Assembly: GCA_002269645.1 (NCBI GenBank)
Contig: NIVC01001988.1
Coordinates: forward strand, 62,001 to 126,000
From: Macrostomum lignano
Lineage: Eukaryota
DNA: 64,000 bases
Reading direction: 5' to 3'
Of this stretch, positions 1 through 10,837 are shown in pieces; the first letter of the stretch is position 1, and each line of letters opens with the position of its first letter. The position numbers were made by a program, and so were the translations under genes. The notes beneath the pieces are model-generated. The model did not search any database and was not told where the DNA came from. It saw nothing but the letters and a program-made list of their open reading frames with translations.

Positions 1-767
1 ACCAACGCGGGCTGGCGGCAAACCCGGGCTCCGCCTCCACCGCCGACTCCGCACTGGCCCCGGCTGTTGTTCCCCAGCGCCCACAGGCGGGCGTCGGCGT
101 CCAACAGCAGGCTGAAATCCCAGCCAGCCGAGGCAGCGACAATTCTTGGCGCAGCGGCAAGCGAAGGCGCGGGGGCGAACAGAAGGCCGCCGGAGCCGCC
201 AGCCTGGCCGCACTGGTCCCAGCCGCAGGACAGTGGCGTCCGCAGTTCGCCGCCCAAAATTATCGAATGGCCGCCGCCGATAACAACGGAAATTGAGCCA
301 AACGTTTGACCGGAAGTAGACACGGATGCCTGCCCGGAAGTAGACACGGATGTTTGACCGGAAGTAGACACGGATGTTTGGCCGGAAGTAGACACGGATG
401 TTTGACCGGAAGTAGACACGGATGCCTGCCCGGAAGTAGACACAGATGTTTGACCGGAAGTAGACACGGATGTTTGACCGGAAGTAGACACGGATGCCTG
501 CCCGGAAGTAGACACAGATGTTTGGCCGGAACTCATGTCTAACACGTCACCGGAAGTGGATTCCAATTTAGCTTCAAGATCTGTATTAGAAATAATACCG
601 GAAGTGCAATCGGAAATTCCAGACGCCAGAGACACCGCGGCTGGCCGGCCGGAATCGATAGCATGGCCTTGGCCGAGCTGCCCGTAGGAATTGGCGCCCC
701 AGCTGAACAGGCAATACGCGCGTCCGAAAGGAAGCGGCCGCGCTGCCCGACTCTGGCCGAGATGCGA
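1..767 (-). CDS. SERGEF: RCC1-repeat protein, SERGEF/DelGEF-like (partial; continues beyond window start)
   Basis: Hand translation of the minus strand gives a stop-free frame from acceptor TTCCAG (AG at 769-768) to the edge: ...LFSWGANSYGQLGQGH...VIGGGHSII...SAGWDFSLLLDADARLWALGNNSRGQCGVG. This matches the N-terminal RCC1 repeats of SERGEF (LFAWGANSYGQLGLGH, GGGGHS, ACGWDFT). It is not in the ORF track because no stop falls within the window. The start codon is not identified. Confidence 0.75.
306..535. repeat. 24-bp minisatellite (GACCGGAAGTAGACACGGATGTTT), about 9-10 copies, inside the RCC1 reading frame
   Basis: Direct tandem copies visible; in the RCC1 frame they read as SGQ(T/A)SVST repeats. 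Confidence 0.95.
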
Positions 768-1104
768 CTGGAATTGATTGAATAAAACATTCTTTTTGAC
801 TTTTTATCAAAGTAAGAAAAAAAAGTAATTTTCGATACATATCGGCAACGTAAGTTTAGGACAACAAAAGAGTAATAATAAGCGAAAAAAGGAATTAGCT
901 AATGCTATAAAAACAGCTCACCCCGAAACTTGGGGACCAACAAGTTCATAGCCCAGAGGCATTGGCAGTTATATTATTGTAATGCATAACGAATTTTATA
1001 TGAAGATCTGCGTTATGTTGAACGCTCAGCAAATACAGCACATTGCTGAATTTAATATTGAGGCACACTTTCTCCGACGAGAGTAAGGAAGGATAAAAAG
1101 AGGG

Positions 1105-1122
1105 AGATAGGAAGACGGAGGT

Positions 1123-1221
<99 letters not shown>

Positions 1222-1790
1222 AGAGAGAGGAAGACAGGATAGATTAAGAGAGAGACAGGGGTGAGAGGGAGACAGGGTGAGAGGGAGACAGGAGAGATTA
1301 AGAGAGAGACGGGTGAGAGGGAGACAGGGTGAGAGGGAGACAGGAGAGATTAAGAGAGAGACGGGTGAGAGGGAGACAGGGTGAGAGGGAGACAGGGTGA
1401 GAGGGAGACAGGGTGAGAGGGAGACAGGAGAGATTAAGAGAGAGACAGGGGTGAGAGGGAGACAAGGGTGAGAGGGAGACAGGGGTAAGAGGGAGACAAG
1501 GGTGAGAGGGAGACAGGGGTAAGAGGGAGACAAGGGTGAGAGGGAGACAGGGGTAAGAGGGAGACAAGGGTGAGAGGGAGACAGGGGTAAGAGGGAGACA
1601 GGAGAGATTAAGAGAGAGACAGGGTGAGAGGGAGACAAGGGTGAGAGGGAGACAGGGGTAAGAGGGAGACAAGGGTGAGAGGGAGACAGGGGTAAGAGGG
1701 AGACAAGGGTGAGAGGGAGACAAGTGAGAGGGAGACGGGTGAGAGGGAGACAAGTGAGAGGGAGACAAGTGAGAGGGAGACAGGGAGATG
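1105..1790. repeat. (GA)n microsatellite followed by GAGAGGGAGACAGGG(G)T-type minisatellite
   Basis: Pure GA run at about 1135-1215, then 16-17-bp purine-rich units. Confidence 0.95.
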
Positions 1791-2446
1791 AGGCCACACA
1801 CCAGCTGCCATAATCGGTGAGTTCTGAAGGCCCCGAGTTGCCGCAGGCGCACTGAAGATTCGAATGCGCCTGCAGCCAACAGGCATGCACAGTGAACAAA
1901 TACGAATATTGATGGAATACGTTCACAAACAAAATGAGCTGGGTTATTACGGTGGACACATTAAATAAAGCATAGAGCAGGGATTAGCGCAATTAAGCAC
2001 GCACAACAGCAACCATTTCATAAATAGGCATGACCCCAAGTTTCAACCGTCTTTCTGTTGCCACACAGTCGGAAAATGCAAAAGAGTGCGCATGCTCCCC
2101 AGTGGCAGTCAAGGCAATCTTGAATATAGAGTGCTCACAATTTGAGAACATTTCCTACGGCACCAGCCTGAGCCACTCAGCGACCCTCTTTGTGCCAGCT
2201 GGATGGCTTTCAATCGCTTCATCGCTCCCAGCTGCCTGATTTAAAAATCGCCGACCTCTCTCTGGCTATCTATCAGGCGGGACAGAAGCCTGTCAAACTC
2301 CTGGCTGTGCTCAAACCCTTCAAGTACTGAAGCCAAGGGAGGAAGCAAATTCTGTCTCAAGGCTGTAAAGCAGCACTGATGATTCATTGCATAGAGAACC
2401 TGAGAGAACGGCTTCAACTAAATTCTGGATTGGACAAAATTCCGGC

Positions 2447-3250
2447 TGGGAATAACGTCCAGCTGGGACTAACTTCCGGTTGGGACTAACTTCTGGTTGG
2501 GACTAACTTCCGGTTGGGACCAAATTTCCGCTTGGAACTAACTTCCAGCTGGGACTAACTTCCGGTTGGGACTAACTTCCGGTTGGAACTAACTTCCGGT
2601 TGGGACTCACTTCCGGTTGGGACTAATTTCCGCTTGGAACTAACTTCCGGTTGGGACTAACTTCCGGTTGGGACTCATTTCCGCTTGGAACTAACTTCCG
2701 GTTGGGACTAACTTGCGGTTGAGACTAATTTCCTCTCGGGACCAACTTCCAATTGGGACTAACTTCCGGTTGGGACTAATTTCCGCTTGGAACTAACTTC
2801 AGCTGGGACTAACTTCCGGTTGGAACTAACTTCCAGCTGGGACTAACTTCCGGTTGGAACTAACTCTTACAGTTGGGACTAACTTCCGGTTGGAACTAAC
2901 TTCCGGTTGGGACTAATTTCCGCTTGGAACTAACTTCCGGTTGGGACCAATTTCCGGTTGGGACTAACTCTTACGGTTGGGACTAACTTCCGGTTGGAAC
3001 TAACTTCCGGTTGGGACTAATTTCCGCTTGGAACTAACTTCCGGTTGGGACCAATTTCCGCTTGGAACTAACTTCCAGCTGGGACTAACTTCCAGTTGGA
3101 ACTAACTTCCAGCTGGGACTAACTTCCGGTTGGGACAAACTTCCGGTTGGGACTAACTTCCGGTTGGAAATAACTTCCAGCTGGGACCAACTTGCGGTTG
3201 AGACTAATTTCCTGTCGGGACCAACTTCCGCTTGGGACTAACTTCCGGTT
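2447..3250. repeat. 17-bp minisatellite AACTTCCGGTTGGGACT, about 45 copies
   Basis: Direct tandem units with point variants. Confidence 0.95.
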
Positions 3251-3371
3251 GAAAAAAGCTTGCGATAAGAGCGGTTTCGTTGATACCAAGTTCTAGTTTC
3301 GATTTCACTTCCGATAAAGTATAAAGCGCAATATTTTGACTGTCTTTTAAAATGCTATTCCTGTTAGATTA

Positions 3372-3385
3372 GTTGCCATGGCAAC
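3372..3385. promoter_or_regulatory. Perfect palindromic RFX X-box (GTTGCCATGGCAAC)
   Basis: Exact 14-bp palindrome matching the canonical X-box, just past the TAF3 stop codon. Function is not shown. Confidence 0.45.
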
Positions 3386-3403
3386 GACACCCGGCAGCAG
3401 CCC

Positions 3404-4078
3404 TCATCGTCTCCGCTTTTTATTCGGCGGCGGGCGATGCGAGCCGGCAGACGACACGGCAGCGGAAGTCGCCGACAACAGCGGCGACAGAGGCAGACCG
3501 GCCTCGGCCCGGGCCATCAGCTCGGCCCGGTTGGTCACCCGGTGCACCGGGGCGCCGCGGCACTTCGGGCACAGCCAGTCCTCGTCCTCTGGCGGCGGCT
3601 GGGCAAAGCCGAGACACACGGCGTGGTACCAGTCGTCGCAGCGGGAGCACCCGATCATCAGGCTGCCGTCGTCCTCCTCCGAGCAGGCCGGGCACAGCCA
3701 GATCTGGTTGCCCTGATCGTCGAAGTAGTACGAGGCTTCGTGCTGCACCCTGGTGAGGCTGGCCGCGTCCGCTGCCGACTGTCGGGCGCCGGCAGTTTTC
3801 GGCCGGCTGCGACCGGCGCGCGACCGACCGGAATTGAATTTCGTCGGCGGCACGGCGGTTTCCGTCAGCGGCCCGTCGAAGGTCGAGAAGACTGCGGGAG
3901 TGGCTGCTATCGATTCCGCCGATAACACGGGCATCGCCGGGCTCAGCGGAGGCGGCGGCGACTTCAGGCCCCCCGGCAGGGACGAATCCGCGTCCACAAC
4001 GCGAACTCCGCCAATGCTGATCTTCAGCTTCAACGACTGGGTGGACACCGGCGGAGGCGGCGGTGGCGGCGGCGACAT
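3404..4078 (-). CDS. TAF3: TAF3 C-terminal part with PHD finger (second frame)
   Basis: IWLCPACSEEDDGSLMIGCSRCDDWYHAVCLGFAQPPPEDEDWLCPKC closely matches the TAF3 PHD finger. It joins the upstream ORF through a 1-nt shift near 4085-4120. Confidence 0.88.
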   Translation of the reverse strand: MSPPPPPPPPVSTQSLKLKISIGGVRVVDADSSLPGGLKSPPPPLSPAMPVLSAESIAATPAVFSTFDGPLTETAVPPTKFNSGRSRAGRSRPKTAGARQSAADAASLTRVQHEASYYFDDQGNQIWLCPACSEEDDGSLMIGCSRCDDWYHAVCLGFAQPPPEDEDWLCPKCRGAPVHRVTNRAELMARAEAGLPLSPLLSATSAAVSSAGSHRPPPNKKRRR

Positions 4079-6201
4079 CGGCAGCGGAGGCGAGACGGCG
4101 GCGGGGGTGGGGGCGGGGCGGCCTCCACGGCGGCGGAGAAGGCGCCGCCCAGCCGGATGGTGAGCTTCGGCACCGCCACGGGGCTGTGCGGCGGCGGCGG
4201 CGGCGGCGCCGGGGTTTTCGACGGCGACCGGTGCCGATGCTTCTTGCCGGACTTCGAGGACAGCTTGGTCGGCGAGACTGCGGCGGAGGCGATGGTGGCG
4301 TCCTGCGCATCCGCGAACGGCTCGTCCACGGCGTTGTCATCGAATTCGAAGCCTCCCAGATTGTCAGCGGGGGAGACCTCGGCTTCGGGGGCCTCCTCGT
4401 GCTCGCCTTTGCCATCCACGTCGGCAGGTGGCGACACCGCGTCGTCGGCTTCGATTTTCGAATCTGACCGCGGCGGCGAGTCGAACAGGAAATGCCGAAC
4501 TGCTGAAGGCGAGTCCAGCGGCTCCTCCTGCGGCGGCGGGGGCTGCTGCGGAAGCTTCAGCTTGACGCGTAGCGGAGGGGAAATGGCAGCCGCGGCGGCG
4601 GCAGACGGCGTCAGAGAAGGCGGCGGCGTTGGGGACCGCCGATGGCCGCTGTCGTCCGGGTTAACGGCGGGCAGGGTGTCAGTGGAGTCGGGGCTACCCC
4701 CGCCGGTCCTACCGACAGAAACGGAGAAGTTCGAATCCGTGGCGTCGCCGCCGATGAAGGCGAAGCGATCATGCGGGGACGGCTGGCCCGGGGCGTCAGC
4801 GACCGGAGCCGACGGGGTTGGCGGCGACGGAGCGGCGGCAGCGGGCGGCGGCGGCGACTTGGCGGAGGCCGCCCTGGAGATCGCCGCCTGCTTACGCCTG
4901 CCGCGAGCAGCCGACGGTTTCCTTGATACGGCAGCCGGTGCGGCAGCGGCTGCCGGGGGCTCCGGCCTGGGCTCGGCCACCGCCGCCGCTGCCGACTTTT
5001 TGCCGCTGAGAACAAAATCGAAAATGTCTCGTTCCTTGTCGGAGTCGACGTCGACCTGGTCCAGATTGTCCAAGATCTCGTCAAGATTGTTGGCGAAGCG
5101 GCTCTGCGCTGCGGCGGCCGCGGCCAGCGCGCCAGCAGCCGACTCGCCACCGTCCTCACCGCCGCTGCCACCGCCGAGAGGGTCGCGCCGGCTGATGACG
5201 ACGCCGCGGTCTGCCGAATCGTTGCTGTCGCCGCTCCCGCCGCCGCCGCTGATGTCGCTGGCAGCCGTCGCTGACTGAGCCGTAGCCGCGTTGGCTGTCA
5301 GGTTGTCCAAGGAGTCGCCTCCAAGGCCCACGGAGTCGGTGCCGAGGTCGCCGCGGCGCAGAACTCCGCTGGCGGCGCCAACGCCGCTGGCACCAGGGCC
5401 GGTGCCGACGTCGGGCTCCGAGTCGGATCCGCTGTTCAGCCAGTCGTGGCCGAGCGGCTCGGCCGTCCGCCGCCTGTCCGGATGCGGGCGCGGCCGGCTG
5501 CGGAAAGTCTCCGGCGGCGGCCGGGAGCTCGGCGCCACGCCAGACTGGCGCGAGTTCAGCGGAACAACCCGGCCGTCGGTTGTCATAGCAACGGTGCGCA
5601 TAGCGAATCGGGAAGGAGCCACCCGGTTGCCATAGCAATCTCGCGGCTGCTGCAGCAGCTTCTGCGGGCTGGCGGCCTGAGAAGACACGCTGACCGACTT
5701 GCCGCCGTCGGTGACATTCAGCTCATCCACGTCGTCCACGGCCAGCGTGTCGGCGGCCGACTCGGACGCTTCGACATCCTCGGCGTCGGCCCGGCGGCGC
5801 GGAGGCAGGTGGTCGGGCAGGTGCTCCGGTCGGTCGCCAGCCTCGGACTCGGCTTTAAGCTCGGCCTCGCTCGGCCAGTTGAGCTCGTCCGGCCGGCGCA
5901 CCGGACAGGCCGGGAAGGCGCGCGGAAATGGCGCTAATTTGGCGCAGGCCATCAAATATTCGCGCGCGTCCGGCTCGTCCAGGCCGGCCTCGGACAGGGC
6001 GCGCAAAATGTCGGCCAGTTGAGGCGACTGGAGGCGGCGCAGCTCGCACAGGTCGGCCACGGAGCCGCACAGGCGGAGGAGGTACAAATGAAGGGCATCG
6101 GTCAGGGCGTGCACGCAGTCGGCGTCGGCTGAGTGCCAGCCGTGGCCGAGGCAGAGGCGGGCCACCGCAATGCGCAGGCTGGACTGCACCAGCTGCTCCA
6201 T
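4030..6201 (-). CDS. TAF3: TAF3 N-terminal part: BTP/bromodomain-associated histone fold plus low-complexity middle region
   Basis: MEQLVQSSLRIAVARLCLGHGWHSADADCVHALTDAL... aligns with the TAF3 N-terminus (SLLRVSVAQICQALGW..ACHLLTDVL). The full span 3404-6201 is 2798 nt, about 932 aa once one base is restored. Confidence 0.85.
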   Translation of the reverse strand: MEQLVQSSLRIAVARLCLGHGWHSADADCVHALTDALHLYLLRLCGSVADLCELRRLQSPQLADILRALSEAGLDEPDAREYLMACAKLAPFPRAFPACPVRRPDELNWPSEAELKAESEAGDRPEHLPDHLPPRRRADAEDVEASESAADTLAVDDVDELNVTDGGKSVSVSSQAASPQKLLQQPRDCYGNRVAPSRFAMRTVAMTTDGRVVPLNSRQSGVAPSSRPPPETFRSRPRPHPDRRRTAEPLGHDWLNSGSDSEPDVGTGPGASGVGAASGVLRRGDLGTDSVGLGGDSLDNLTANAATAQSATAASDISGGGGSGDSNDSADRGVVISRRDPLGGGSGGEDGGESAAGALAAAAAAQSRFANNLDEILDNLDQVDVDSDKERDIFDFVLSGKKSAAAAVAEPRPEPPAAAAAPAAVSRKPSAARGRRKQAAISRAASAKSPPPPAAAAPSPPTPSAPVADAPGQPSPHDRFAFIGGDATDSNFSVSVGRTGGGSPDSTDTLPAVNPDDSGHRRSPTPPPSLTPSAAAAAAISPPLRVKLKLPQQPPPPQEEPLDSPSAVRHFLFDSPPRSDSKIEADDAVSPPADVDGKGEHEEAPEAEVSPADNLGGFEFDDNAVDEPFADAQDATIASAAVSPTKLSSKSGKKHRHRSPSKTPAPPPPPPHSPVAVPKLTIRLGGAFSAAVEAAPPPPPPPSRLRCRCRRRHRRLRRCPPSR

Positions 6202-6342
6202 GGCTGCTCACAGGCTCTCACTCGGCTGTGCCAGTCCTGGGCTGGGGTTCGGGTCGCTCCGCTGCAATGCAATGAGTGTGGCTCTCAATGAGTTCTGCTC
6301 AAACTGTAACGAATCGATTAGCTAAGATGTTGAAGATGTTGA

Positions 6343-6590
6343 ACAAATATAACAAGTGGCGCCCCCGACAGCCTACAAATATAACAAGTGGCGCCCCCGA
6401 CAGCCTACAAATATAACAAGTGGCGCTCCCGACAGCCTACAAATATAACAAGTGGCGCTCCCGACAGCCTACAAATTCAAGTGGCGCCCCCAACAGCCTA
6501 CAAATATAACAAGTGGCGCCACCAACAGCCTACAAATATAACAAGTGGCGCCCCCGACAGCGTACAAATATAACAAGTGGCGCCCCCAAC
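6343..6590. repeat. 32-bp minisatellite (AAATATAACAAGTGGCGCCCCCGACAGCCTAC), about 7 copies
   Basis: Tandem copies upstream of a candidate TAF3 5'UTR acceptor (CGTTACAG near 6304). Confidence 0.92.
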
Positions 6591-8641
6591 CAGTTAGGAA
6601 TAGAACATAAAATATCCAACCTCGCAAGGTATTCTCACGGACTCCCACATTCGGCTCTGCCTAGCAACTGTCCAGCAAGTAGCGGTCAGAAATGACTGAT
6701 GAACCGCAGAGAGGCTGAGTTCCGGAGTTGGCTTGAGCTTCTTTTGAATCCTAATCAGCCCCCGACAAGCCTATTATAATTAGCAGCGGCGTCGCATCGG
6801 GAGCTACAAACCGGTCCGCCTGGCCGCAATGTCGGGGAGAATCCGGCCAAAGCAGCAAAGCCAGCCAACCGATGAGAAATCCGCGCGCTCCACTCGGATT
6901 ATCACAAGGACGCCGAGAGCGGAGGGACTTCACGAAATATGCGAAGTCGGACTTGTGCAAGCGGATGATGAGAACTCAAATCCCTTCATCAAGTTGTCAG
7001 CAGCAGACCAGAAATTTGCTCAGGAAATGCACAGTCATGCCAGATTTAATATAATGAACCCGGGAGAAGTGGATGAGCAGGGCGCAATAAACTGTAACCT
7101 CTCTCCACTCTTCCCTGTAACCATCTGGGATGTTGAAGAGAAGTAATTTTATTCGCTATCCAAAATGACCACTTGTTAAAAGTGCATCGGGAATAATAAA
7201 TGTACATTTGGTACTTTTTTATCGCTAGTGACGTTGCATTTTGTTTAATCACCGAAGCCAGGATGGGGAGTCTCACTAAGAATTTCCCAAACAGTATAAA
7301 TTAGACCCTGAAATAAATCATTATGCTTTGGCTGACGGCTAAGTTATGAATTATTGATCATTAATAAAGCCGAAGAGAGCCAACATGAACTTTCGGATTG
7401 GAGCAGCTTCCCTTCTGGGCTCAGGGCTAGCCGAGATGAACAGCTGAACTTGTGCACTTGAATCAATTCAATTCCCTGAGCAGCCTCAACTCCAGGTATC
7501 AAATCGAAGATGTCCTTGCAAAGATGTCCTTGCGCCAGCCGATCCAAGCAATAAAACAATTATTTTGCATAAACTGCACCTTGCCTCCCCTCAATCCCGC
7601 CCAGCATCACCGGCAAAAATGAGCTTCATCAACTAAAAAAACCAGTCTCAACCAGACCGCGCACACGACACGACCATCGATTTACGACCCCAACCATTAG
7701 AGCACAAAAAGAAGAAACTGATGACAGACAGAGCAGAGGGAGACGGCAGAGCAAGGGAAACCGAATCCCTAACAAATTGACCGGCCATAAAGCAGCTCAG
7801 AACTGGCGAGAACAACACCGGGGCGTGCAAATTATCTCAAGATAAGAGCGAGAATTCCACACTCGTGCAGACTTGATCGATCGAGCTGTCATCTGCCCCT
7901 ATCCGGGGAAGTGGCTGAGTGTAAAACAAGAAATAGGCTGAGCAGCCCCTTCTCTCCCCCCTCTATATCCGCATCGGAATATCGGCACTTAGAACTTGCC
8001 AGGTCAGTAAAGCTTGGCAAATGTGTTCTGCAAGTTTAAATATGCATTAAAAACAGACCGTTCTACGCTGTATATGCTCCTCCCTCAACCCCCTCCCCCG
8101 GGGGGACTCTAGCCGAAATTTTTAAAATCAGAAATTCGCGATTTACTCGTATTTTTATATTATTTTTAATTACAATTTTTGTGTCAAAAAATCTACTACT
8201 ATTGCACAGATATATCTGCGAATTCACAGGGGGGGGGCTAGAAAAGTACTGACTGCGAGAGCAAGCGAGAAGGGGGAAGAGAAAGAGGGGAAGAGGAAAG
8301 AGGGCAAGGGGAACAGAAGGCCACGGAGTGTTAAACACAGAAATGTGGGAAGGTGTTAAGCAGTTAGTGCCGCGAGTTTCCCTTTCCAGGTGATAGATTT
8401 ATGCAGAGCTCCATGCGGTGAGGGGTAGATGGCAGCGCAGGGTAGAGGGAGCACAGGAAACAGTGGAGTCGAGAGTGGGCCTGAGTGGGCACAGGAAGGT
8501 CGGCCAACCCCCCAGCTAACGCCCTGCCTGTTTTACATATAAAAAACCGATTTACACAGCTAGGCAAGAAGCGCTCCGTTTGATTAGGCAGGACAAAGCA
8601 GCCAGCGAACCTCCTCTCTAATCCAAATCCCTCCCAAAGCC

Positions 8642-9100
8642 ATGAAGTCCTCCAAGTCCAACATCGAGATCCGCCTGACGCTGGTCCGCAAGGTGCTGGT
8701 GGCGGTGGACGGCAGTGAGCACTCGGACAGAGCCCTGGCCTGGTACGCCGCCAACATCAACAGCCACGATGACGAGCTGCTGTTGGTGCACGTCAGGGAG
8801 GCCGGCGAGTCGGAGAAGCGAGTGGCCGAGCTGGCGGACAGCATCTCGGACAGGTGCGCCCAGCTGAAGATCCTGGCGGCAACAAGATTTGTGGACAAGC
8901 CGCTGAGGAGCAACTCGAGCGCCGGGTCGGTGCTGACCGAGGCCGCCAAGGAGATGAACGCCTCGCTGGTCATCATCGGCAGCCGCGGCCTCGGCGCCAT
9001 CAAGAGGACCTTCCTGGGCAGCGTGTCCGACTTTGTGCTGCACCATGCGCACCGGCCCGTGCTGGTCATCCCGCCCTGCCAGCCAGTGGACACCGTGTGA
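8642..9100 (+). CDS. Universal stress protein (USP/UspA domain), intronless
   Basis: RKVLVAVDGSEHSDRAL...LVIIGSRGLGAIKRTFLGSVSDFVLHHAHRPVLVIP, which contains the USP ATP-binding motif G-x2-G-x9-G(S/T). Confidence 0.93.
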   Translation: MKSSKSNIEIRLTLVRKVLVAVDGSEHSDRALAWYAANINSHDDELLLVHVREAGESEKRVAELADSISDRCAQLKILAATRFVDKPLRSNSSAGSVLTEAAKEMNASLVIIGSRGLGAIKRTFLGSVSDFVLHHAHRPVLVIPPCQPVDTV

Positions 9101-9179
9101 TCAGCGCAGCCGATCCTCATGCCAGATTCTTTAACGCCATTTTTTTAGATTCTAGAGCTCATTCTCTCGGGCGATTCTT

Positions 9180-9790
9180 CAAAGCGATTTCTCAGAAGAT
9201 TCCCAAAGGCGATTCCTAAAGGTGAATAGCAAGGGCGATTCCTAAAGATGATTCCCAAGGGCGATTCCTAAAGGTGATTCCCAAGGGCGATTCCTAAAGG
9301 TGATTCCCAAGGGCCATTTCTAAAGGTGATTCCCAAAGGAGATTCCTAAGGGTGATTCCTAAAGGTGAATCCCAAGGGCGATTCCCAAGGGCGATTTCTA
9401 AAGGTGATTCCCAAGGGCGATTCCTAAAGGAGATTCCTAAAGGAAATTCCCAAGGGCGATTCCTAAAGGGGATTCCTAAAGGAAATTCCTAAGGGCGATT
9501 CCTAAAGGAGATTCCTAAAGGAGATTCCCAAGGGCGATTCCTAAAAGAGATTCCTAAAGGTGAATAGCAAGGGCGATTCCTAGAGGAGATTCCTAAGGGC
9601 GATTCCTAAAGGTGATTCCTAAAGGAAATTCCTAAGGGTGATTCCTAAAAGAGATTCCTAAAGGAAATTCCCAAGGGCGATTCCTAAAGGAGATTCCTAA
9701 AGGTGAATAGCAAGGGCGATTCCTAGAGGAGATTCCTAAGGGCGATTCCTAAAGGTGATTCTCAAGGGCGATTCCTAAAGGTGATTTCTA
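9180..9790. repeat. 13-bp minisatellite GATTCC(T/C)AA(A/G)GG(T/C/A)
   Basis: Alternating GATTCCTAAAGGT and GATTCCCAAGGGC units downstream of USP. Confidence 0.93.
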
Positions 9791-10394
9791 AAACTTTACG
9801 ATAATTTTCAGATTTTTAAAGAGCAATTCTTAAATCCCATTATCCGAAGGCAATCGTAAAATTAGGCTTGAAATTCTGACCCCACAGTTGCACAATAGAG
9901 TGACTGGCAGTACCAATGCAAATGATTGCTAATTGATTGTTGAGTTTAATTTTTACAAGAAAATTGACTGATTGACACTTTTTGCAGACAGCTTGCTAAT
10001 GTCCTCATAACAACTTGTTAGTGTTATGTAATTCACATTCTTTTGCTTTCGCACCAGAATGCAACCAGAGCCCCATTGTAAGTTGAGCCCGAGCATTGCC
10101 CGGGTCTGCCCTAACGGGGTTCTCTAGGCTAGGAGAGCCGGATCAGTCACCGACATGTATCGAAAATAGTTTAGCAAGTGGGGGGGGGGGCGCCCCGACC
10201 TAAAATATGCCTCATTATTGCTCGAGACGCAGGTGTCACAGCTGCTTAGTGAATAATATTATAAATCACGCATAAAAACACCTGTCATCATATTGCATTC
10301 CAGCTCATTGCTACAGACAAATATGTTGTACATGCTTTCTAATTTTTAAATGTGTCTGTTTCCCTTAAGTCCTCTGTAGCATTCCTAGATAAAG

Positions 10395-10396
<2 letters not shown>

Positions 10397-10460
<64 letters not shown>
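10397..10460. repeat. (AT)n microsatellite
   Basis: Pure AT dinucleotide run. Confidence 0.97.
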
Positions 10461-10467
<7 letters not shown>

Positions 10468-10837
10468 AAGTGCGATAACGCGTTAATAAAAACTACAATG
10501 AAAATGCATTAAAATTAACCTTGTTTATTTATGTACAGATGACAATCATTAGCTTGCAGTACAAACAAACTGCATCTATTAAAGTTCTGAAAGAGAGCTG
10601 AAAGTTCTCAAAGTTTCCAATCCAAATTCTATTATACATGTACTTCAAGGACTTGACCAAGGACTACTAAAACATTGAATAATCAAAGTCTGAAATAGTT
10701 ATTACACCCAAGTAGGCCTGGTAGTCCTTAGACTCATAAGTTTTGGATTAAGTATAATAGAATCTGGATTGGAGACTCACACTATCATAAAACCATACGC
10801 TCGCAAAGGACTACTAAACCATAGCCAAGCAAAAATT

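Noticed and set aside
3373-6275. Many overlapping plus-strand and alternative-frame ORFs over TAF3 (similarly over USP, NDUFAF2, RhoGAP, ERM and the RTE)
   Set aside because: They are shadow ORFs of GC-rich coding sequence with no recognisable domains.
6208-6303. Upstream frame FEQNSLRATL...SESL* ending 6 nt before the TAF3 ATG (bicistronic or reinitiation idea)
   Set aside because: It is only 31 codons, which is expected by chance in a 5'UTR, and no convincing upstream coding exon was found.
8642-9100. Bacterial contamination or recent HGT of the intronless USP
   Set aside because: USP families are native to several invertebrate lineages including flatworms; codon style matches the neighbouring host exons and the flanks are host-type repeats.
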